Positions 16,238 to 23,818 of a stretch of 24,000 nucleotides of DNA are shown piece after piece. The translations under genes and the position numbers were made by a program. Each line of letters starts with the position of its first letter. Positions within the stretch are counted from its first letter, which is position 1. Location of the stretch: the NCBI GenBank assembly GCA_004524535.1, contig SDNY01000009.1, forward strand, positions 25,285 through 49,284. Direction: 5' to 3'. Source of the stretch: Promethearchaeota archaeon. Its GTDB lineage: Archaea > Asgardarchaeota > Lokiarchaeia > Sigyniarchaeales > SOKP01. The notes beneath the pieces are model-generated. The model saw nothing but the letters and a program-made list of their open reading frames with translations. It searched no databases and was not told the origin of the DNA.

Positions 16238-17812
16238 TTATAGTCCTTCAGATATTTTACCTAATTTATCAAAATCTTTTTTAAATCCAATGAATTTTGG
16301 GAAGGAATAGAAAGAATTTTTCAATTTTGTCTGAGTCCTAAATACGCTTTTAACAAAATCCTTTGTTGCCTTTAGACCTTGTTTGAATGATAAATTCTCA
16401 CTTGGGTCGAGAATACATCCAAATCCAGGCTGGTCTGAATCGAATATTTTCCACCACTCTTTATAATAATATTTTGCTCCAAACATTTCTTCCCCTTTAT
16501 CATAGATCTCATTACCAGTAAAAAGTTCAAATGGAAAGAATTCTAAATTAATTTTATATTTCTCCATTAAAGGAACAGCTCCATTATTTTTCTCAAAAAA
16601 GAAAGCCCATCTTTCATTTAATGTTTTCTTGTCTGTTCCTGGTATTCCTAATAAATAAAAATATACAACTGCAATATCCATTTTATTAGAATACTTAATA
16701 ATTTCCCTTGTCTTTTTTAAATAATTTTTTCCTCCATTATCAATTTGCAAAGCATTTTTTCCAGATATCTTCCCCATTCTGGTCAATAACTTTTTGGAAA
16801 CCGATTCTAATCCAAGACCAAGAATCATATTATATTTTTTATAATTATCTAAGTCTTTCAGAGTAGTAGTTTCCACACGATCAAAAACATTAATTCTAAA
16901 GTTTATTTTTTCAGATAATTTCTCTAATTCTTCAAAAAATCTATCCCGCATACTTCTTTTAGGAAAGAACATTGAATCAATTATATGTAATTGCCTAATT
17001 TTTAGCCAATCTGTATTGATAATTGATTTTAAATCTGCAATACAATTTTCTATGGACCTAGATCTTACTTTTTTACACGCTTTAGAATAATTTTCAGAAG
17101 GGAGGCAAAACTTACAACGGAAAGCACAACCTCTTGTAAAACGAATGTAGAAGCTTCCAATTCCTTTAATAGCATTTTTATATTTTTTATACAATTCGAG
17201 ATTAAGAGGTGGAAGCTCATCTAAGTTTTCTAAGCATTCTCCTTCTAAAATAATCGGATTTTCATTTAGATTTTTTCTACGCTTTATTGTTCCGCTTAAT
17301 GAATTTTGAACAAAATTAAAAAATGGGATCTCTCCTTCATCAATTATTATATAATCGAAAGGAGAGCAATTTTTTGGGTAAAAATTATCGAAATATGAAG
17401 GGATATTTTGAGAGTAAAAGTTTTTAGGAAAAATTGATGGATGAACGCCACCTACCACAATATCACACTCTGGATTAATAAAATGCTTTATCACGCTCGC
17501 AACCTCAACAGAATTAAGATATGCGAAATCTGAATAACATGAGATAGCTGCAATATCGAATTTGAAGCGTTCATAAATATTATATAAAAGTTCTTTTAGA
17601 GCGTTTCTATATTCATCTATATTTGCCGGCCAATAATCAAGTTGAGGTTCTATCCTTAAATCAAGATATTCCTCTTGGATATCTCCATTTAATTCAGTTT
17701 TTTTTGAATTCAAATAATTTGAGAATCTTATAAAAGGTTCAGTACAAATTTGAGGTGAGAAACAGAAAAATAAATAAGGGTGTATATAAAGAATTCTTTT
17801 TGTATTAGACAT
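16238..17812 (-). CDS. B12-binding-domain radical SAM enzyme (class B rSAM), paralog of the downstream gene, substrate unknown
   Basis: Motifs KRILYIHP ... AAISCYSDF ... DIVVGGVHPS ... FDYIIIDEGE, then TRGCAFRCKFC (CxxxCxxC). I prefer the ATG at 17812 (MSNTKRILYIHP) because it aligns with the paralog N-terminus MPKKVLFIQP. The ORF track extends to an upstream ATG at 17857 (15 extra codons). An 18-nt gap to the next gene implies an operon. Confidence 0.85.
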   Translation of the reverse strand: MSNTKRILYIHPYLFFCFSPQICTEPFIRFSNYLNSKKTELNGDIQEEYLDLRIEPQLDYWPANIDEYRNALKELLYNIYERFKFDIAAISCYSDFAYLNSVEVASVIKHFINPECDIVVGGVHPSIFPKNFYSQNIPSYFDNFYPKNCSPFDYIIIDEGEIPFFNFVQNSLSGTIKRRKNLNENPIILEGECLENLDELPPLNLELYKKYKNAIKGIGSFYIRFTRGCAFRCKFCLPSENYSKACKKVRSRSIENCIADLKSIINTDWLKIRQLHIIDSMFFPKRSMRDRFFEELEKLSEKINFRINVFDRVETTTLKDLDNYKKYNMILGLGLESVSKKLLTRMGKISGKNALQIDNGGKNYLKKTREIIKYSNKMDIAVVYFYLLGIPGTDKKTLNERWAFFFEKNNGAVPLMEKYKINLEFFPFELFTGNEIYDKGEEMFGAKYYYKEWWKIFDSDQPGFGCILDPSENLSFKQGLKATKDFVKSVFRTQTKLKNSFYSFPKFIGFKKDFDKLGKISEGL

Positions 17813-18058
17813 TATAACTTCTTTCTTTTTTTTTAACTTGAATCTAAGTATGTTCATAATTTAAAATACTGATATAAAAAGTCATAGAAAAATGAAATGG
17901 AAAACTTAAAAATGGAGTAGTTTAAATGGAAAAACTAGAATATAGTAAAAATGAAATTTTTTTTTAATAAAAAATATACTTTAGGTTAAAATCATAACAA
18001 AGAAAGGAGTATTCCTTTTTTTAGTGGATTAGCTATCTATTAATAAGTAAGGATTGGG

Positions 18059-19453
18059 ATGATTAAGCTTCAAAAACCAGTTAATGGGGAATTAGTAAGT
18101 CAAATTATTAGTTATTTAAAGAAGAAAGGAGAAATAAGAGCAACACTCCTTTCTAAATTAGAAAAACGATTTTGTGAATCTAAATCAGAGTTTAAAGTCA
18201 AAAAAGAGGATTTAATTTCTTGTTTACTTTTTATGATGAATGAGAGAATAGTTGAGATTATAATTCCAGAACCTTTCCAAATTAATTGGGAGGAACGATT
18301 TTTAAAAAATCTTAAATTTTTAAAGGACAGCGATTATCTTGTGAGGCAATTTTCGAATTTAAACGAAAACATATTTGATTCATATGAAAAAAATGCCTAT
18401 TTTTTCGATTCAAGATTATTAGATTTTAAAAATCGAGACGCTTCTTCGGAGGCCATAAAAAATTTAAAAGTTATAATTAAAAAAGTTCCTAAAATTAAGA
18501 GTAAGATAATTATTTATTATCCTCCTAGTAGTAAACCATTAAATATTTATGAGACATTTGAGGGGAATTACAATATAGAATTTCTGGATTTTAAAGTAAA
18601 TCCTGAATTTAATTTAAATCCTCTCCTTAAAATTGAAATTCCTTTAGACCAGCAAAAATCAGACTTGGCTATAATTCAGAGCTATAGAAAAAACTATATG
18701 TGTATGTATATCACATTAATTGAATCGATTCATAAAGCTATTATGAATGTTCAAAAAAAAAAAGAAAAATCTAAAAATTATAATGAAATTCTAAAAGATC
18801 TAATTAGAAAATTCGGTTATTATTGTTATATGTATGTAAGGTCCGATTGGATTGATGTTAAACCTAATCCTTATAGATGGGAATCATTTTTCGAATTTTT
18901 TGACCTTCCTTTTAAAATTATTGATCTTTCATTTAATAATATTAGATTTTATGGGAGAACATTTGAATTTTGGATAAGATTCAATTATTGTATATTTATT
19001 CAAAAAAAGTTTAAAAATATTATATTAAAATTAAAAGAATTAGGATTTGAAGAGTTTGAGAAAGAGAATTACGGAGATTATATTGCAATAGGTATGGATC
19101 ATGAAATCTATGAGGTATGTCCTTCAATTGAATATTTTTACTTTTTGAATAAATATATTTTTTTTTATCATTTATTTTATTTATTTTTCCACTCTTTTCC
19201 CTATATTGAGAAATTAAAACCTCAAGTTAAGTTTTCCGAAAAAGAACAAAAACTTTACAGAATATTTTTACCAGTAATGGAATCTATGTTAAATGTTCAA
19301 GAGAAGAGAATTATTAAAAAACTGATATTTAATTATTATACTTTCAATCCTAATGAATTAGAGATAATATACCATAAATTCTTATTAGATGAAGTTAAAT
19401 TTATAGAAAAAAAAATGTTTAATTACTTTTTAATCAGATATAGTAAATGTTAA
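18059..19453 (+). CDS. Hypothetical protein (464 aa), aromatic-rich, with a possible N-terminal winged-helix-like segment
   Basis: A 1.4-kb open frame. The N-terminus LVSQIISYLKKKGEIRATLLSKLEKRF resembles a wHTH recognition region, though weakly. The remainder is F/Y/I/K-rich with no motif I recognise. It is divergent from the rSAM operon. Confidence 0.7.
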   Translation: MIKLQKPVNGELVSQIISYLKKKGEIRATLLSKLEKRFCESKSEFKVKKEDLISCLLFMMNERIVEIIIPEPFQINWEERFLKNLKFLKDSDYLVRQFSNLNENIFDSYEKNAYFFDSRLLDFKNRDASSEAIKNLKVIIKKVPKIKSKIIIYYPPSSKPLNIYETFEGNYNIEFLDFKVNPEFNLNPLLKIEIPLDQQKSDLAIIQSYRKNYMCMYITLIESIHKAIMNVQKKKEKSKNYNEILKDLIRKFGYYCYMYVRSDWIDVKPNPYRWESFFEFFDLPFKIIDLSFNNIRFYGRTFEFWIRFNYCIFIQKKFKNIILKLKELGFEEFEKENYGDYIAIGMDHEIYEVCPSIEYFYFLNKYIFFYHLFYLFFHSFPYIEKLKPQVKFSEKEQKLYRIFLPVMESMLNVQEKRIIKKLIFNYYTFNPNELEIIYHKFLLDEVKFIEKKMFNYFLIRYSKC

Positions 19454-19502
19454 AATTGAATTTATTCTGATTAAGGATTCCCACAAGATTCCCTCAATTA
19501 AT

Positions 19503-19517
19503 CGAAACATTTATATA
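19503..19517 (+). promoter_or_regulatory. Candidate BRE/TATA element (cgaaaca-TTTATATA) upstream of tfb
   Basis: tttatata at 19510-19517 is preceded by the purine-rich cgaaaca. This is a near-consensus archaeal TATA box, but it lies about 160 nt upstream of the tfb ATG. It would therefore imply a long leader or a separate short transcript. Confidence 0.3.
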
Positions 19518-19675
19518 TTCAAATTTTATAATATATTTGCTACATGGGTTATGATTAGTTTCAGTCATTTATTAGTTTTTAATTCTTAGGTTACTAGGGT
19601 TAGCTTTAAAGCATTATTTACGATGATTTGATATTATTAATAATTATTATTTGAACATTAAAAGAGGTTAATATA

Positions 19676-20563
19676 ATGGAAACAAAATCAGAAATAAATA
19701 GTTTATCAAATATATGTCCCGAATGCGGGGGCAAGATAATTTCACTTCAATCAAAGGGGGAGATTGTTTGTGGACAATGTGGTTTAGTGATAAGTGAACG
19801 ACTATTAGATATTTATCATAGTGGTAAAAGAGCGTTCACTAAACAAGAAAAAGAAAAGAGAGAAAGAACAGGATCTCCAATATCAATTTTATTACCAGAC
19901 ATGGGATTAAGTACAGTTATAGATAAAAATAATATTAAAAATCCTGATTTGAAAAGAGCGGCTAAATGGAATTCTCGAATGACATGGGATAAAAGAAATA
20001 TGTTAATTGCTACAACAGAATTAAAAAGAATTGGTAGTAATTTAAACCTTCCAGCTCACATTAAAAAGTCAGCTATACGGCTTTATAAAGAAGCATTTAA
20101 AAAGAAATTACTCAGAGGCAGATCTATTAATGGTATGGTAGCTGCGTGTTTATATTTTGCTTGTAGAGAGAAAAAAATCCCCAGAACACTTCAAGAAATT
20201 TTAGATGAAACGTCCGTAAATGCTAAAAATGTAAGAAGATGTTATAGAACTATAATTCGAGAATTAAATTTGAAAGTTCCCTCTACGGATCCAATTTCCC
20301 TTATTCCACGTTTTATAGCAGAATTAAATTTAGATGCCGAAGTTGAAAAAACAACAATAAACATTTTACAAACGTTTATATCAAATTATTCTACAAGTGG
20401 TAAAGATCCTAAAGGTTTATGTGCTGGGGCTTTATATTTAGTTTGTAAAGTTCGTAATAAGAGAATTTCTCAAAAAGAAATTGCGAATTTAGTAGGAGTT
20501 ACTGAAGTCACTCTTCGCTCTAGATATAAGGAATTAATAAAGAAACTAAATATTAGTATTTAA
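19676..20563 (+). CDS. tfb: Transcription initiation factor IIB (TFB)
   Basis: N-terminal zinc ribbon CPECGGKIISLQSKGEIVCGQCGLVI, followed by B-reader/linker and two cyclin-fold repeats (LNLPAHIKKSAIRLYKEA...GRSINGMVAACLYFACRE and ...GKDPKGLCAGALYLVCKVRNKRISQKEIANLVGVTEVTLRSRYKEL). An AGAGGT SD-like site lies 8 nt upstream of the ATG. Confidence 0.95.
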   Translation: METKSEINSLSNICPECGGKIISLQSKGEIVCGQCGLVISERLLDIYHSGKRAFTKQEKEKRERTGSPISILLPDMGLSTVIDKNNIKNPDLKRAAKWNSRMTWDKRNMLIATTELKRIGSNLNLPAHIKKSAIRLYKEAFKKKLLRGRSINGMVAACLYFACREKKIPRTLQEILDETSVNAKNVRRCYRTIIRELNLKVPSTDPISLIPRFIAELNLDAEVEKTTINILQTFISNYSTSGKDPKGLCAGALYLVCKVRNKRISQKEIANLVGVTEVTLRSRYKELIKKLNISI

Positions 20564-20582
20564 AAAATTTATCTCCCTTTCC

Positions 20583-21164
20583 TTATTTTTCTTTTTGTAT
20601 TAACAGTTTTAAAAAATCAGGAAGTGTTAATAAATAACTTTGAGCATTTGGTAGCATTTTTATGATTTTAATAAATAATTGCGTATAATGATGAGCTCTT
20701 TCTTTTTGTTCTAAAACATCATTTCGAGTTTGCTCTCGAATTGTTTCTACTGGTATACCCTTCATGACTGCTCGAGCAGGAATTATTAATCCTGGTGGAA
20801 CTTGACTCTTATTTAAAATAACGGCTCCTTCTCCAATTGAACTTTCTTCAAAAATTATACTTCCTTCCATTATTTGAACATAATCTTCTAAGAATCCACC
20901 TAAGAGAGTAACACCTGACTCCAAGATGCAGTATCTCCCTATATGTATTGAACTTTTCTGTGAGCGTGTTAATAAAATAACGCCATCAAAAATAGTTGAG
21001 TATTCTCCTATATTAATTTGAGCTTTCTCTGCTCGGAGGATTGATCCGGGCCAAACAACCACATTATCAGCAACAATGATATCTCCTATGAGCGTACTCA
21101 TTGGACTCACATACGATTGAGGACTAATTTTAGGTTTCTTTCCATTATATTCTATCAATACCAT
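20583..21164 (-). CDS. Gamma-carbonic-anhydrase-like left-handed beta-helix (hexapeptide repeat) protein, YrdA/PaaY family, with the Zn-ligand histidines replaced
   Basis: N-terminus YNGKKPKISPQSYVSPMSTLIGDIIVADNVVVWPGSILRAEKAQINIGEYSTIFDGVILL, followed by further hexapeptide turns and a C-terminal helix (ERAHHYTQLF). The positions normally holding His (..QDGxxxH, ..GHxxxxHG) read ILLT, ILESG and LLGG here. Confidence 0.8.
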   Translation of the reverse strand: MVLIEYNGKKPKISPQSYVSPMSTLIGDIIVADNVVVWPGSILRAEKAQINIGEYSTIFDGVILLTRSQKSSIHIGRYCILESGVTLLGGFLEDYVQIMEGSIIFEESSIGEGAVILNKSQVPPGLIIPARAVMKGIPVETIREQTRNDVLEQKERAHHYTQLFIKIIKMLPNAQSYLLTLPDFLKLLIQKEK

Positions 21165-21239
21165 AATTTTATCATACGTTTTAAAAATTTAAATCTTTAT
21201 TTTAAAGATCCTATTTCTATTTTTTACTCTTTTTTTAAA

Positions 21240-22061
21240 TTAACAAGTATGGAATGGATTTTTTGAGTCAAACCAAAAAAAATTATCATAAGGAAATTCT
21301 AAACTTAAATAGTTGTATAAATTTTTCATAGCAATAATTTCAGGATTATAATGTGAAATCTCTATTAAGTTTAAACCTATATCCCTTGCAAATACACCCT
21401 CACAATATTTATAATTTTCAGTAATATAACAATTACATCCCTCTTTTACGCTTTTTTTTAAATATTCAATATTTTGAACGTCCCCTCCAACTATACAAAT
21501 TTTTTTGATGATATTATTTAAATCACCTACATATGAAATATTAGGTATATTTAAATTAATTTTTATCCGTTTAATTAAATCTTTCAATTTAAAAGGGGCT
21601 TTTTGATTTGGATATTTTTGTGGTAAACAGATACGCCCTAAGGGGATTTTAATATCTTTTCCATTTTTAATATCAAAAGTTCTGTCTAATTTTAAATATA
21701 ACTTTTCCATGATTGTGTCTGAGATTCCTCCCTCTGCTGCTATAAATGAATAATCTAAAATGAAAATTGTAATTGGATATCTGGAGAGTAATGATAATTT
21801 ATTAATCAAATTACTATCAAATCTTTTTATAGTTTTATTAATTAAACCGTTATAAGAAATTATTAAATTAACTTTTTTTTTAATTGCGTAATGGATAGCC
21901 TCTAAACTTAGATCCAAAGTAATAACAACTTTTCTTATTAATTTATCTTCATTATTATCCCCGTATTGAATTCCATAAAGTTCAGGTCTTAAACTAAATG
22001 ATTTTGGAGATAATTTCTTTTCCAATAAAGCTACGATTTCTTTAAGAAACATAAGACGCAT
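21240..22061 (-). CDS. NIF3 (DUF34/YbgI) family protein, divergent
   Basis: Block order fits NIF3: ...GIQYGDNNEDKLIRKVVITLDLSLEAIHYAIKKKVNLIISYNGLI... GGISDTIMEKLYL... CIVGGDVQ...GCNCYITENYKY...GLNLIEISHYNPE. The canonical HHP pair reads S-Y-N, while the C-terminal H...E pair is retained. Confidence 0.6.
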   Translation of the reverse strand: MRLMFLKEIVALLEKKLSPKSFSLRPELYGIQYGDNNEDKLIRKVVITLDLSLEAIHYAIKKKVNLIISYNGLINKTIKRFDSNLINKLSLLSRYPITIFILDYSFIAAEGGISDTIMEKLYLKLDRTFDIKNGKDIKIPLGRICLPQKYPNQKAPFKLKDLIKRIKINLNIPNISYVGDLNNIIKKICIVGGDVQNIEYLKKSVKEGCNCYITENYKYCEGVFARDIGLNLIEISHYNPEIIAMKNLYNYLSLEFPYDNFFWFDSKNPFHTC

Positions 22062-22191
22062 TTTTTAAATAGAATAATACATATTAAATTGTTAAAATTA
22101 AATAAAGATAAAGTCTGTTTAAATTTTTAAATTTTAAATAGTAAATATTGAAAATAATCAATTGAAAAATGATTTTTTAAAGTGTTAAAAA

Positions 22192-22605
22192 ATGAATGTT
22201 GAAGATTGTATATTTTGTAAAATTGTGAAGAAAGAAATTCCATCTAAAATCCTATATGAAAATGAAAAGAATTTAGCATTCTTAGATATTTTTCCAATAA
22301 ATGATGGTCATACCGTTGTTATTCCTAAAAATCATTATCAAAATATAGAGGACGCCCCTGAAGATGAAATTGTTGAACTTTTTAAAATTGTCAAAAATTT
22401 AGCAATTATGATTCATAGCAAACTAAAGATTGATGGATATAATATACTCCAAAATAATTTTGAAGCGGCTGGCCAAGTAATAAAACATCTTCATGTTCAT
22501 ATTATTCCAAGAAACAAAACTGATGAAAAATTTAAGCTTAAAATTCCTAGAAATCAAGCATCTGAAAAAAAACTCGACAGAATTTTAAATCTTTTAAAAA
22601 CTTAG
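22192..22605 (+). CDS. HIT (histidine triad) family nucleotide hydrolase/transferase
   Basis: N-terminus CIFCKIVKKEIPSKILYENEKNLAFLDIFPINDGHTVVIPKNHY and the intact histidine triad HLHVHIIP. Confidence 0.92.
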   Translation: MNVEDCIFCKIVKKEIPSKILYENEKNLAFLDIFPINDGHTVVIPKNHYQNIEDAPEDEIVELFKIVKNLAIMIHSKLKIDGYNILQNNFEAAGQVIKHLHVHIIPRNKTDEKFKLKIPRNQASEKKLDRILNLLKT

Positions 22606-22688
22606 TTTTTAATCATTTCTGATTTTGCTTCTTTTTTACATAAAAATGATTTTAGTTTAAATATTTTAAAGTAAAAATTAGGTTAGTT

Positions 22689-22901
22689 ATGAGAATAATC
22701 GAGTTTTTAAAAAAAATCGGAAGAAAGGTCAAAGAGTTTTTCAATGACGAATCAGGAGGAAATCTTGTAGAATATGCATTATTAATTGGATTTGCTTTAT
22801 TTATTTTTTTTATTTTGGTAGGTGTAATAATTGGGATGTTAGATTGGACTATCGGCCAATCTGATAGTTTTCTTGAAGCATCTGAAGGACTAGGGGACTA
22901 A
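22689..22901 (+). CDS. Flp/Fap-type (type IVb / Tad-like) pilin precursor
   Basis: 70-aa ORF. A basic leader (MRIIEFLKKIGRKVKEFFNDESG) is followed by G-NLVEYALLIGFALFIFFILVGVIIG. This matches the Flp signature (..F..DE.G|xxxxEYxLIxxxxA) with Glu at +5 if cleavage falls between the two Gly residues. Confidence 0.7.
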   Translation: MRIIEFLKKIGRKVKEFFNDESGGNLVEYALLIGFALFIFFILVGVIIGMLDWTIGQSDSFLEASEGLGD

Positions 22902-22952
22902 ATAGGAATTAAATATATCCCTGAAATCTTTGTATTGTTTTCTTTTATTATT

Positions 22953-23369
22953 TTATCCTGATTTATTCTTTAGTTTTCTCTTTTTCCGTTTTAGATCTTT
23001 TACAATTTTATTATTATCAAATACAAAATTGTATTTTTCACCCCATTCATCAAGGTGATTCACAACATAATCCGTATCTAGATTTAAATGCTTTATAAAG
23101 ACATCAAAAGGTATATTATCAGCGTTTTTTAAATATTTTCTTATTTTTTCTTCAATTACTATCTGGTCTGGAGGTTTAATTTTTCTTTTTCTTGCTCTTA
23201 ATTTTTCTAAAAATAAATCATTTTTACTATTATTAAAGAAATGTTGAACTATATTGCTAATTACTTGAGCCTTAGTTGTTCCATAAACATCAATTAATTC
23301 CTCAACTAAATCCATATAACTCTTTTCAAGGGTTACATGTGTTCTAGCTGTTTCAGTCATGATTTCCAA
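22953..23369 (-). CDS. Putative ribbon-helix-helix (CopG-like) DNA-binding protein with a basic C-terminal tail
   Basis: The N-terminus RTHVTLEKSYMDLVEELIDVYGTTKAQVISNIVQHFF has the beta-strand/helix/helix pattern of RHH proteins. A central RARKRKIK stretch and a C-terminal KRKKRKLKNK basic tract follow. Confidence 0.5.
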   Translation of the reverse strand: MEIMTETARTHVTLEKSYMDLVEELIDVYGTTKAQVISNIVQHFFNNSKNDLFLEKLRARKRKIKPPDQIVIEEKIRKYLKNADNIPFDVFIKHLNLDTDYVVNHLDEWGEKYNFVFDNNKIVKDLKRKKRKLKNKSG

Positions 23370-23566
23370 TAGGTTAAAATTTTTGAGTCATCTTAATATA
23401 AAAAATATAGTCATATAAATCTTTGTGCTTTGATGTGATAATAATGTACAAATAAGCACATTTAAATATAAATCTTTTCAATATTAAATTAAGAACAAGA
23501 TTAAATGTTCACAAATTATAATGTCGAAAATTTGTCGATTTTAAATAATTAATGGAGGAATAAATA

Positions 23567-23818
23567 ATGGCTAATGATATAATTAGGGAGAATTATTTTA
23601 ATACAGAGGTTATAATATCCCCAACCCAAAATAATTTAATGAAGATTTTACAAATAAATGGACCAATGATACGAAGAGATTTAGTAAATCAATTGAAAAT
23701 AGCTAGGACTACTATATATGATAACTTAGTTAAATTACAAAAACGAAAAGTGATTGAAAAATTTACCAGGAATGATGGAAAAAGAGGTAGACCTTTAGTA
23801 TTTTGGAAAATAAAATAA
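23567..23818 (+). CDS. Small winged helix-turn-helix DNA-binding protein (83 aa)
   Basis: TQNNLMKILQINGPMIRRDLVNQLKIARTTIYDNLVKLQKRKVIEKFTRNDGKRGRPLVFWKI shows the H2-turn-H3 plus beta-wing (GRP..F) pattern of MarR/TrmB/ArsR-like wHTH proteins. A GGAGG SD lies 7 nt upstream (23555-23559). Confidence 0.65.
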   Translation: MANDIIRENYFNTEVIISPTQNNLMKILQINGPMIRRDLVNQLKIARTTIYDNLVKLQKRKVIEKFTRNDGKRGRPLVFWKIK

